DNA of 64,000 bases, from assembly GCA_963771155.1 (NCBI GenBank), contig CAVYSK010000013.1:16919-80918 (forward strand), read 5' to 3'. The notes beneath the pieces are model-generated. The model had not been told where the DNA came from, made no database searches, and saw only the letters and a program-made list of their open reading frames with translations. This DNA comes from an uncultured Chloroflexia bacterium. GTDB lineage: Bacteria > Chloroflexota > Limnocylindria > QHBO01. The translations under genes were made by a program, and so were the position numbers. Shown here piece after piece: positions 17,780 through 26,158 of the stretch (position 1 is the stretch's first letter; every line of letters begins with the position of its first letter).

Positions 17780-18046
17780 GGGCACGACGAAATGTCCCGA
17801 AGGAACAAGGCGGCCGACCTCGGTGACCGAAGCCACCGGTGCCGTCCGGTTCCTTCGGCCGAAGCCTCCGGACCCGGTCCCGGAACTCATGATCGAAATC
17901 GTGTGATCCGGTGTCGCTTGCCCCTTCGGGACGACCTCAGTATCGGGTCGCGGCCAGACGAGACGCAATACCGGTTATCCCCGAGATTGCGAGCCCGGGG
18001 CGGAGCTGTCCACAGCCCATCCACGACGGGCCCGGCAGCGCCGCGG
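17780..18046. repeat. 267-nt structured dispersed repeat, copy 1 (candidate ncRNA or MITE-like element)
   Basis: Identical to 38962..39228 at 265 of 267 positions by manual alignment, in the same orientation. Intergenic and dense with internal helices and UUCG/GNRA-like loops. The internal ORFs are not protein-like. Confidence 0.9.
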
Positions 18047-18123
18047 TGATCCGCGGAATGCGTGACGTCGCCTGGGTCGCGCGCTAGGCTCGGCGACGCA
18101 TCGGACATACGGAGGAGCGGCGC

Positions 18124-18525
18124 ATGGGTCTCGAGAACATCAACTTCCTTGGGTCGCTGGCCGGCGCACTGTCGGCGATGGTCATCGGCGCGCTGTGGTA
18201 CTCGCCCTGGCTGTTCGCAACCCAGTGGCAGTCGCTGATCGGCAAGGCCGATGACGAGCTCGGCAACCCGGTGACGGCCATGCTGGTTGCCGCGGTCATG
18301 TTCCTCGTGATGGGCGCGGGGATGAGCTGGATCATCCCCGACGACAGCTCGCTCGGCGTGGGCCTGATGTGGGGCTTCATCGGCTTCTGGGGCTTCGCTC
18401 TGCCGACCACGATCATCAACGGTGTCTTCGAACGGCGTCCGTGGCGCCTGATGGCGATCTACCTCGGCTATCTGTTGATCTCGATGCTCGTGATGGCCGG
18501 CCTGATCACCTACCTCGGAGGCTGA
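18124..18525 (+). CDS. DUF1761-like small membrane protein
   Basis: 133-aa ORF with GGAGG 9 nt upstream and four hydrophobic segments. The family call comes from the recalled pattern ALWYSPWLF. Confidence 0.65.
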   Translation: MGLENINFLGSLAGALSAMVIGALWYSPWLFATQWQSLIGKADDELGNPVTAMLVAAVMFLVMGAGMSWIIPDDSSLGVGLMWGFIGFWGFALPTTIINGVFERRPWRLMAIYLGYLLISMLVMAGLITYLGG

Positions 18526-18536
18526 CCTCACCCGAC

Positions 18537-18928
18537 ATGGCACGCATCGCCCCGCGTGACGCCCGTGTCGGCGACCTGCTGTCCAGCAGCGTGATCCCGC
18601 GGCGCGGCGCCCGCCGCCTGGAGGCGACCGCCGTCCTCCTGCCTGGATTCGGGTCCTTGCGCGGGTATCGGTCCGAGCTCGACGACCACGCTCAGGCGTT
18701 CGCCGAATGGGATGGACGCGTGCTGGTGCTCGACCCGACGACGGCGCCGCGAGCCACAGGCTGCTCGTGGTCGACCGGTATGGCCAGGTGTACGCCGTGC
18801 ACGAGACGGCCGATGCCGGCGAGCTGCCGGACGCGCACGCGCTGAGCGAATGGTTCCGCTTCCTGGCGACGGCATGCCCGGAGTGCGGCGTCCTCGACGA
18901 AGCGGTGCTGACGGGGCCGACGCCGTAA
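18537..18928 (+). pseudogene. hypothetical protein with C-terminal CPEC motif, frameshifted (pseudogene or assembly indel)
   Basis: Coding bias runs in the ATG 18537 frame to about 18735, then continues in the frame of ORF 18707..18928 (HRLLVVDRYGQVYAVHE...ACPECG). The junction is at CCC run 18734-18736. Confidence 0.5.
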
Positions 18929-19005
18929 CGCACGGTCATGGAAGCTCGGAAGCCGATCGGTTCCACGTCCTCGAGCCGATTCGGCCCACCGCTAGACTGC
19001 GGCGC

Positions 19006-20133
19006 GTGACACGAGCGCGCGAACTCGGCATCCGCATCGGCCGCATGGAGCCAGGACCGATGAACGCGATCACCGACGTCGCCGGTGTGCGCGTCGGCCA
19101 CACGACCCTGATCCGTGGCGAAGGACCCCTCCGCGTGGGCGAGGGACCGGTCCGCACCGGCGTGACGGTAGTCATTCCGCACGACGGCGCGATCTGGACC
19201 GAGCCCGTCTTCGCCGGAGCGCATCGGCTCAACGGGAACGGCGAGCTGACCGGCCTTGAGTGGATCCGCGAGCACGGGATGCTGGCCGGCGCGATCGGGA
19301 TCACCAACACCCACAGCGTCGGGACGGTCCGCGACGGGCTGATCGAGGCCGCGGTGGGTGTCCGGGGCGGCCGCGACGACTTCTGGGCGCTCCCCACCGT
19401 CGGCGAGACGTACGACGGGGCCTTGAACGACCTGAACGGCTTCCACGTGAGGCCGGAGCACGTGCATCAGGCGCTGGCTGCCGCCTCTGCCGGGCCGGTG
19501 AGCGAAGGCAACGTTGGCGGCGGGACCGGGATGATCTGCCACGAGTTCAAGGGCGGCATCGGCACTGCCTCGCGCCGGGCCGGCGACTGGACGGTCGGAG
19601 TCCTCGTCCAGGCGAACTACGGGGCTCGCGAGCTGCTGCGGATCGACGGCGTCCCGGTCGGTCGTGCGATCCCGACCGCCGATGTCCCGTCGCCGTGGGA
19701 CGAGGTCGACGCGATCAACGAACGAGCGTCGGCCGAGGGGGGATCGATCATCGGGATCGTCGCGACCGATGCGCCGCTTCTTCCGCACCAATGCGCGCGG
19801 CTGGCCCAGCGGGTCGGGATGGGTCTGGCCCGCATGGGCAGCTATGCCTCCCATGGGTCGGGGGACTTGTTCCTCGCCTTCGCAACCGGCAACCGCGATC
19901 TGTCACGGCGGGCCGGCGAGGACGACCCGCGCCCGACGGTCGGCCTGCGAATGGTCGTCGACCAGCAGATCAACCCGCTGCTCGAGGCAACGGCCGAGGC
20001 GACGGAGGAGGCGATCACGAATGCCCTGCTCGCGGCCGAGACAATGACCGGGCGCGACGGCATCACGGCCCATGCCCTTCCACACGACCGGCTGGTCGAG
20101 GTGATGCGCGACCACGGTCAGCTGGCGGATTGA
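19006..20133 (+). CDS. P1/S58 family peptidase (DmpA-like aminopeptidase)
   Basis: GTG 19006 gives VTRARELGIRIGRMEPGPMNAITDVAGVRVGHTT, a typical DmpA N-terminus. GGTGMICHEFKGGIGTAS contains the self-processing/nucleophile region. Confidence 0.85.
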   Translation: MTRARELGIRIGRMEPGPMNAITDVAGVRVGHTTLIRGEGPLRVGEGPVRTGVTVVIPHDGAIWTEPVFAGAHRLNGNGELTGLEWIREHGMLAGAIGITNTHSVGTVRDGLIEAAVGVRGGRDDFWALPTVGETYDGALNDLNGFHVRPEHVHQALAAASAGPVSEGNVGGGTGMICHEFKGGIGTASRRAGDWTVGVLVQANYGARELLRIDGVPVGRAIPTADVPSPWDEVDAINERASAEGGSIIGIVATDAPLLPHQCARLAQRVGMGLARMGSYASHGSGDLFLAFATGNRDLSRRAGEDDPRPTVGLRMVVDQQINPLLEATAEATEEAITNALLAAETMTGRDGITAHALPHDRLVEVMRDHGQLAD

Positions 20134-20291
20134 CCGCGGGAGACCCGGGGGGCGGCGATTGGCCCCCCTCTAAGACCGTGAGCGCTGGCGGCGCCCTACG
20201 TCACTTGACGTAGATGGATCTGCGCCCAACGTCCCTTTCACTACGGTCCGGCTGGAGCGAAAGTATGTACAACCCAACCTCCCTCCAGGTG

Positions 20292-20330
20292 AAAGCCCCG
20301 TCAGGCCCCGAGCAGCCGAGACGGGGCTTT
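20292..20330. terminator. possible bidirectional intrinsic terminator hairpin
   Basis: AAAGCCCCGTC...GACGGGGCTTT, an 11-bp GC-rich stem (extendable by an inner GGC/GCC) flanked by AAA/TTT, sited between convergent genes. The U-tract is only 3 nt. Confidence 0.35.
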
Positions 20331-20502
20331 CGCCGTGCCTGGCGATCGGCCGACGAGGAAGTGCGGCGCGACCCACGCCCCTGGGCCGCGCCGCCACGCC
20401 GTGGAACGACGACGAGGAGGGTTCACCGACGGCGGCTCCGTGGGTCCGCCGACACCGCGAACCTGCCTCGTGTTGTCCATACCCGGTGCGCCCGGGAAAC
20501 GT

Positions 20503-20889
20503 TCACCCGACCTCGATCGGGACGGGTTGGTGGTCGTCGTCGATGGCCACAAACACGAAGCTTCCCGAGGTCGCCAGCTGCCGCCTACCGGTCGCGACGT
20601 CCTCGGCGTACATGTCGACACCGACGGTGAGCGACGTGCGTCCGATCCGCGTCACCCGGGCAACGAGCTCCACGAGCTGACCGGCGTGGACCGGCACCTT
20701 GAACTCGACCCGATCGGAGGCGACGGTGACCATCGTTTGCCGCGCGCACCGCGTGGCGGCGACCCACCCGGCGTGGTCCATGAGCCCCAACGCGTGGCCG
20801 CCGAACAGGGTCCCGTGGTGATTCGTGTGGTTCGGCATGATCAGCTCGGCGAGGCGGACCTCGTCGACCCGATCCCGGGCGGGGCTCAT
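20503..20889 (-). CDS. acyl-CoA thioesterase (hotdog fold)
   Basis: ATG 20889. The 128-aa protein has the NHHGTLFGGHALGLMD motif of YciA/BFIT-type thioesterases. Its start overlaps the upstream stop (ATGA). Confidence 0.85.
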   Translation of the reverse strand: MSPARDRVDEVRLAELIMPNHTNHHGTLFGGHALGLMDHAGWVAATRCARQTMVTVASDRVEFKVPVHAGQLVELVARVTRIGRTSLTVGVDMYAEDVATGRRQLATSGSFVFVAIDDDHQPVPIEVG

Positions 20890-21446
20890 GTACCGATGGT
20901 ACCGGCGTGCCCTGTGGACAAGCGGTCGAGCACGACGCGCGCCGATGCCCTCGGGTCGGTGCGGCTCGTGTCGATCTGCAGGTCGGCAACGGAGGCGTAG
21001 TGGCGCTCGCGCTCGGCAAGGGCTGACGTGAACCAGCCGGCCGGGTCTTCCTCGAGCCATGGCCGATGGTCGGCCCGCACGGCGCGCCGGGCCAGCACGT
21101 CGGCCGGTGCCCGGAGCCAGACCACGAAGCCGCCGCCCGCGATGAGCTCGCGGTTCGCCGGATCGAGGATCGTGCCGGCGGCGGTCGAAGCGATCACCGG
21201 CGGCTCCATTCCCATCGCCTCCCGGAGGGCGGCGGCCTCGGCCGCTCGGAGCGCCGGTTCCCCGCCTGCCTCCGCAAGCTCCCGCGCCGTGCGTCCCGTG
21301 GCACGCTTCACCAGGGTGTCGTTGTCGACGAAGGGCCAGCCGGTCATGGCAGCAAGCGTCCGACCGACCGACGACTTCCCGCTGCCCATCATGCCCACGA
21401 GGAGCACTCGGGCCGGCTCAACCTCGTCGGGTAATGGTCGCGTCAC
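20886..21446 (-). CDS. aroK: shikimate kinase family protein
   Basis: 186-aa ORF with Walker A GMMGSGKSSVGR followed by FVDND, typical of AroK. No other aro genes are adjacent, so the substrate is uncertain. Confidence 0.75.
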   Translation of the reverse strand: MTRPLPDEVEPARVLLVGMMGSGKSSVGRTLAAMTGWPFVDNDTLVKRATGRTARELAEAGGEPALRAAEAAALREAMGMEPPVIASTAAGTILDPANRELIAGGGFVVWLRAPADVLARRAVRADHRPWLEEDPAGWFTSALAERERHYASVADLQIDTSRTDPRASARVVLDRLSTGHAGTIGT

Positions 21447-22123
21447 GTTCGCCGTTGACCGGTCGGGTCAGAGCGCGACAGCTGACCGAGGAGGCGCGGG
21501 TCGGCGTCGCGGCCGAGGACGAACCAGATCGCGTGGACCGGCGTGTCGCCGATGTTCGCCAGCCGATGCGGGATGCCCGAGTCGAGCGAGACGGCGTCGC
21601 CTGGCTGCAGCACGTAGCGATCGAAGCCGATCGTCACCTCGAGGATGCCGCTGATCACGTAGCCCCACTCGTGACCGGCGTGGTTCTGGAACGTGTCCCC
21701 AGGGCTCGAGGCGCCCCCGACGTCGTACACGACGAACAGGAACTCGACCCCCGGCTGCGAGGTCGTCGTGAGGCGCTCCCAGATCACGCCCGAGGCGAGG
21801 CGAATGTGGTGTCGCGACGCGGCCTCCTGGACCGGCGACGGCCGTGACTCCCGGAGACCATCGGCGCTCGACGCGGGACGCTCGTCGTTGAAGAGGAGCT
21901 CGTCGATGGATGCGTCGAGCTCGGTGGCGATCGCGAACAGCGTGCTGACGGATGGTCGGGCGCGCCCTCGTTCGATCTGCGAGATCAGGCTCGGAGAGAC
22001 GCCGAGCCGCTCGGCGAGCTCGCGCAGGCTCAATCCGCGCGCGCGCCGGCGCGATCGAAGGCGCTCACCGACCTCCGGATAGTCCGGTTCGAACGCTCGG
22101 ACGGGGTCTCGGGTGCGCACCAC
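21443..22123 (-). CDS. XRE-family transcriptional regulator with C-terminal cupin domain
   Basis: 226-aa ORF. HTH region LSLRELAERLGVSPSLISQIERG, followed by a cupin-like C-terminal half (GHEWGYVISG...GDAVSLDSGIPH). Confidence 0.85.
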   Translation of the reverse strand: MVRTRDPVRAFEPDYPEVGERLRSRRRARGLSLRELAERLGVSPSLISQIERGRARPSVSTLFAIATELDASIDELLFNDERPASSADGLRESRPSPVQEAASRHHIRLASGVIWERLTTTSQPGVEFLFVVYDVGGASSPGDTFQNHAGHEWGYVISGILEVTIGFDRYVLQPGDAVSLDSGIPHRLANIGDTPVHAIWFVLGRDADPRLLGQLSRSDPTGQRRT

Positions 22124-22819
22124 CTACATGATCATCCAGCCGCCGTCGACGCGCAGGTCGATAGCGTTCACCGAACGGTTCTCGAGCAGGAACCGCACCG
22201 CATCAACGATGTCGGCCATCTGGACCAGCCGCTTCGTCGGCGTGCGCGCGACGATGTGATCAAGTGGCTTCCCCTCCCAGAACGGCGAGTCGCCGACAAT
22301 GCCAGGATGGATGGCGTTGATCCGCATCGGCGCAAGCTCGGTCGCAAGCGCGACGACCATGCCGACGATCCCACCGTTCACGGTGGAGACCGTCATCGAC
22401 CCGGGGTACGGCCGGTCCTTGGCGAGCCCGCCGAACAGGACGATGGCACTCTCGCCATGGAGCCGATCGAGAAGCGCGTGGATCACCTCGGTGTAACCGA
22501 CGAGCTTCAGTGTCACCAGCGCCATTGCCTGCTCGATGTCGTACTCGCGCACCCGGTTGTCGTCGCGGTCGATCGCTGCGATCACCAGGTAGTCGACCGG
22601 GCCGACGTCGGCCAACGACGCGTGGATGGTGGCCGGCGTCTCGAGGTCGATCGTGATCGATCGGGTCCTCCCGCCGATCTCCGCCGCGATGGCCGCGCCG
22701 CGGTCGTCGTCGCGACAGCTGATGACGACCTCGCGTCCCGCGGACGCGTAATGCTCCGCCACGGCGCGCCCCAGCCCCGAGCTGCCGCCGATGATGACGA
22801 CCGCTCCCTCACCTGCCAT
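22124..22819 (-). CDS. SDR-family oxidoreductase
   Basis: 231-aa ORF with N-terminal IIGGSSGLGRA cofactor motif. Abuts the neighbouring genes with no spacer. Confidence 0.8.
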   Translation of the reverse strand: MAGEGAVVIIGGSSGLGRAVAEHYASAGREVVISCRDDDRGAAIAAEIGGRTRSITIDLETPATIHASLADVGPVDYLVIAAIDRDDNRVREYDIEQAMALVTLKLVGYTEVIHALLDRLHGESAIVLFGGLAKDRPYPGSMTVSTVNGGIVGMVVALATELAPMRINAIHPGIVGDSPFWEGKPLDHIVARTPTKRLVQMADIVDAVRFLLENRSVNAIDLRVDGGWMIM

Positions 22820-23746
22820 TCATCGGTCTCCTTTCGCAGCGTCCGTCTCGAATCGGCGCCAGTGGTCCAGCCATCGGTACGAGTGACGCTCGGGCGGCTG
22901 CGGTGCCTGCGTCTCGATCCATCGCACGCGCCCGTCGCCGTCGTTGAAGAAGCCGTGCGTCGCGCCAACGCTCGAGAAGACGACGTCACCGGCGCGGACG
23001 ATCCGGGTCTGGCCGTCGAGCTCGGCCTCGATCTCGCCGTCCAGGAAGAAATACGTCTCCTCGAACGGGTGGTCGTGGACCTGCGCCGATCCCCCTGGCT
23101 CGTAGTCGACGGTGAACATCGTCAACAGCTCCGCCCCGAAGACGCGGTCCACCAGCATCTTCACGCTGATGCCGCTGTACACCACGAGCGCGGTGTCGCG
23201 GCCGACCGGGCGGCGGCCGCGCGCCGGGTCGTCGAGCGCCAGCGCCTCGGCCTGCGGCGGGGTCCCGTCGTAGTGGCCGACGTACCGCAGACGCGGGTCG
23301 CCGAAGGGCGGCCGGACCGCGGCGGCGTCGAGGGAGGCGAGATCGAAGGGCTCATCGGCGAAGAACGTGTCCAGCCGGCCGGCGTCGGGCGCGATGCGCT
23401 GCGGCGTGTTCAACGACAGCCACCGCGCCTGAGCCGTTCCGGGGTTGCCGAGCGCGTGCCACGTGCCGACCGGCATCAGGGTGTAGTCGCCAGGTCCCAG
23501 GCGATGGGCGTGGCCGTCGATCTCGACGAGCAGCTCCCCCGCCAGGACGTACAGCGCTTCCTCGAACGAGTGGAAGTGGCGCTGGAGCCAGCCACCGGCG
23601 GTGAGGGCGCCGACGGCCAGCTCGGTGTGGACCGCGCCCTGGTCCGGACCGACCACCACCTGCCGCGCGAGGCCGTGTGAGGTAGGGCTTGACGCCAGGG
23701 GCCGATCGGCGAAGGACCAGTCGACCGGAGCTACGTGCGTCGTCAT
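22820..23746 (-). CDS. bicupin protein (possible dioxygenase or hydrolase)
   Basis: ATG 23746. Two cupin modules (HFHSFEEALYVLAG...GTWHAL and VHDHPFEETYFFLDG...GATHGF). First gene of the minus-strand operon. Confidence 0.7.
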   Translation of the reverse strand: MTTHVAPVDWSFADRPLASSPTSHGLARQVVVGPDQGAVHTELAVGALTAGGWLQRHFHSFEEALYVLAGELLVEIDGHAHRLGPGDYTLMPVGTWHALGNPGTAQARWLSLNTPQRIAPDAGRLDTFFADEPFDLASLDAAAVRPPFGDPRLRYVGHYDGTPPQAEALALDDPARGRRPVGRDTALVVYSGISVKMLVDRVFGAELLTMFTVDYEPGGSAQVHDHPFEETYFFLDGEIEAELDGQTRIVRAGDVVFSSVGATHGFFNDGDGRVRWIETQAPQPPERHSYRWLDHWRRFETDAAKGDR

Positions 23747-23904
23747 GTCGAGCAGGCCGCCTCCTCCAGGAGATTCCAGCGTCATTGAACACCAGGAGCA
23801 TGGTTGCAGTTCGGTCAAGCGCGTGAGTGGGTCGACGCGTGGACTAAGATTGAAGCGCCGCTCTACACTCCGCGCACCGTTCGGATGCCGCCATTTCGAA
23901 GGAA

Positions 23905-25152
23905 ATGCTGACGATGTCGAGACCGATCGCCTCTCCCGGCCTGATGAACGTCGACTGGGAGGAGCGCGTGAACACCGAGCGGCTGCGCACGTACCGGTTC
24001 GGTCGCGCTCGGAGTGCGCTCGAGGCGTCCGAGGTCGGGGCGCTCCTGCTGTTCGACTTCAACAACATCCGCTACGTGACCAGCACCCACATCGGCGAGT
24101 GGGCGCGCGACAAGATGACCCGCTTCGCGCTCCTCACTCGGGGTGGGGAGCCACACCTCTGGGACTTCGGGAGCGCGGCGAAGCACCATCGGCTGTACTG
24201 CCCGTGGCTGCCCGAGGAGAACGTGCGCGGGGGCATGATCGGCCTGCGCGGCGCGGTCGCGCCGGAGGCGGGGCTGTTCACGCGTGCCGCCAGGGAGATC
24301 AAGGAGATCCTGGTGGCCGAGGGCGTGGCGGACATGCCGATCGGCGTGGACATCGTCGAGCCGCCGATGCTCGCGGCCCTGGAAGCGGAGGGCATCACCG
24401 TCCGCGACGGCCAGCAGACGATGCTCGACGCGCGCGAGGTGAAGTCAGCCGACGAGATCATGCTGCTGAACATCGCGTGCGCCATGGTCGACGGGGCGTA
24501 CCAGCTCATCAGCGAGCGTCTCAAGCCGGGCGTACGCGAGAGCGAGCTGGTGGCCGACGTGACGAAGGCGCTGTTCGACATGGGCAGCGAGCACGTCGAC
24601 AACATCAACGCGGTCTCCGGTGAGCGCTGCTCCCCGCATCCGCATGTCTTCAGCGACCGCCTCATCCGTCCTGGCGACCAGGCCTTCTTCGACATCATCC
24701 AGACCTTCGTCGGGTACAAGACCTGCTACTACCGCACGTTCACGGTCGGCAGCGCCACCGATGCACAACGCGACGCGTACAAGCGGGCGCGGGAGTGGAT
24801 CGACAAGTCGATCGAGCTGATGAGGCCGGGCGTGACGACGGACCGGGTCGCATCGGTGTGGCCCAAGGCGCAGGAGTTCGGCTTCGACTCGGAGATGGAG
24901 TGCTTCGGGCTCCAGTTCGGCCACGGGGTCGGCCTGTTCCTCCACGAGCGGCCGATCATCAGCCGCCTGAACTCGCTGGACAACCCGATCGAGCTCAAGG
25001 AGGGGATGGTCATCGCGCTCGAGACGTACTGCCCCGCGAAGGACGGCTACTCGGCGGCGCGGATCGAGGAAGAGGTCGTCATCACCGCCGACGGCCCGCA
25101 GATCATCACCCGCTTCCCGTCGAAGGAGCTGTTCGTCGCCAATGCGTACTGA
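23905..25152 (+). CDS. M24-family metallohydrolase (creatinase/prolidase-like)
   Basis: 415-aa ORF with creatinase-type N-domain and pita-bread C-domain (FGHGVGLFLHERP, EGMVIALE, RIEEEVVIT). An alternative ATG is at 23914. Confidence 0.85.
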   Translation: MLTMSRPIASPGLMNVDWEERVNTERLRTYRFGRARSALEASEVGALLLFDFNNIRYVTSTHIGEWARDKMTRFALLTRGGEPHLWDFGSAAKHHRLYCPWLPEENVRGGMIGLRGAVAPEAGLFTRAAREIKEILVAEGVADMPIGVDIVEPPMLAALEAEGITVRDGQQTMLDAREVKSADEIMLLNIACAMVDGAYQLISERLKPGVRESELVADVTKALFDMGSEHVDNINAVSGERCSPHPHVFSDRLIRPGDQAFFDIIQTFVGYKTCYYRTFTVGSATDAQRDAYKRAREWIDKSIELMRPGVTTDRVASVWPKAQEFGFDSEMECFGLQFGHGVGLFLHERPIISRLNSLDNPIELKEGMVIALETYCPAKDGYSAARIEEEVVITADGPQIITRFPSKELFVANAY

Positions 25153-26158
25153 CCTGACCGATGCGGGGGCGCCGCCCACGCTCGACCGCGACGTTCGGCT
25201 GCGGATGTACCGCACGATGCTCGAGTGCCGGCTGTTCGAGCAGCGCACCCACGAGCTCTTCCTCGCCGGGCTGGTGCGCGGCACGACGCACCTCGGCATC
25301 GGCCAAGAGGCGGTGGCCGCCGGGTTCGGCACCGCCATGCATGATGGCGACTGGACGTTCTGCACGTACCGCGGCCACAACCACACCCTCGCCCGCGGCG
25401 TGCCGATGACGCCGATTCTCCTCGAGCTCGTCGGCAAGCAGGGCGCGCTGATGGGCGGCAAGGGCGGGTCGATGCACCTCACCAGCGTCGAGCACGGGGC
25501 GATGGGCTCGTACGCGATCGTCGGCGCCCACCTTCCGATCGCGGTCGGGGCGGCGTGGTCGGCCCAGTACCGCCAGAGCGGCCAGGTGGCGGTCTGCTTC
25601 TTCGGTGACGGGACCACGAACATCGGCTCGTTCCACGAGGCACTGAACATGGCCGCGGTGTGGAAGGCGCCTGTCGTCTTCGTGTGCGAGAACAACCAGT
25701 ACATGGAATACACGCCGATCCGGTCGGTGACCGCGGTCGAGCGACCCGCGGCCGACCGGGCCTCCGCGTACGGCCTCGAGGATCTCGTGGTCGACGGGAA
25801 CGACGTCGAGGCGGTCCACGAGATGGCGCGGATGACGATCGACCGCGCGCGCCGTGGTGACGGGCCATCGCTGGTTGAGGCGGTCACGTACCGGCACGGC
25901 GGACACTCGCGAGCGGACCCGGGCACGTACCGCCCGGAGGAGGAGGTCAAAGCCTGGCTGGCACGCGACCCTATCCCCGCCCATCGGGCGGTGCTGCTCA
26001 AGGCGGGCATTCCCGAGGAAGACATCGCCCGGATCGAAGCCGATGTCAAGGCGGCGGTCGCCGATGCCGAGAAGGCAGCCCGCGAGGCGCCCGAGCCTGA
26101 TCCGGCCACCGCGACCACCCAGGTGTGGGCCGATGGAGGCGCGTCGTGGCGGAGCTGA
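25142..26158 (+). CDS. thiamine-diphosphate-dependent 2-oxoacid dehydrogenase E1 alpha subunit
   Basis: 338-aa ORF. TPP-binding region GDGTTNIGSFHEALNMAAVWKAPVVFVCENNQY is typical of PdhA/AcoA-type E1 alpha. Confidence 0.9.
   Translation: MRTDLTDAGAPPTLDRDVRLRMYRTMLECRLFEQRTHELFLAGLVRGTTHLGIGQEAVAAGFGTAMHDGDWTFCTYRGHNHTLARGVPMTPILLELVGKQGALMGGKGGSMHLTSVEHGAMGSYAIVGAHLPIAVGAAWSAQYRQSGQVAVCFFGDGTTNIGSFHEALNMAAVWKAPVVFVCENNQYMEYTPIRSVTAVERPAADRASAYGLEDLVVDGNDVEAVHEMARMTIDRARRGDGPSLVEAVTYRHGGHSRADPGTYRPEEEVKAWLARDPIPAHRAVLLKAGIPEEDIARIEADVKAAVADAEKAAREAPEPDPATATTQVWADGGASWRS

Noticed and set aside
17885-17902. Hammerhead-like string CUCAUGAUCGAAAUCG within the repeat
   Set aside because: It lacks a stem II between the CUGAUGA-like and GAAA boxes and has no appropriate flanking helices. 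The resemblance is superficial.
17768-18049. 85-aa (+) and 66-aa (-) ORFs inside the 267-nt repeat as possible small protein genes
   Set aside because: Their composition is not protein-like and no RBS is apparent. One of the only two substitutions between copies is non-synonymous in the minus ORF. In copy 2 the minus ORF simply runs into the hydrolase gene. The dense RNA-like secondary structure is a better explanation.
17887-19854. 655-aa minus-strand ORF spanning the repeat, the DUF1761 gene and the DmpA gene
   Set aside because: It is antisense to several plus-strand genes with clear motifs and has a low-complexity Arg/Gly/Pro composition. It also crosses an intergenic repeat.
20286-20345. 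SRP (4.5S) RNA-like string GUCAGGCCCCGAGCAGCC
   Set aside because: The conserved GGAA tetraloop and the AGCA symmetric-loop context of SRP domain IV are missing. The hairpin geometry (17-nt loop) does not fit.
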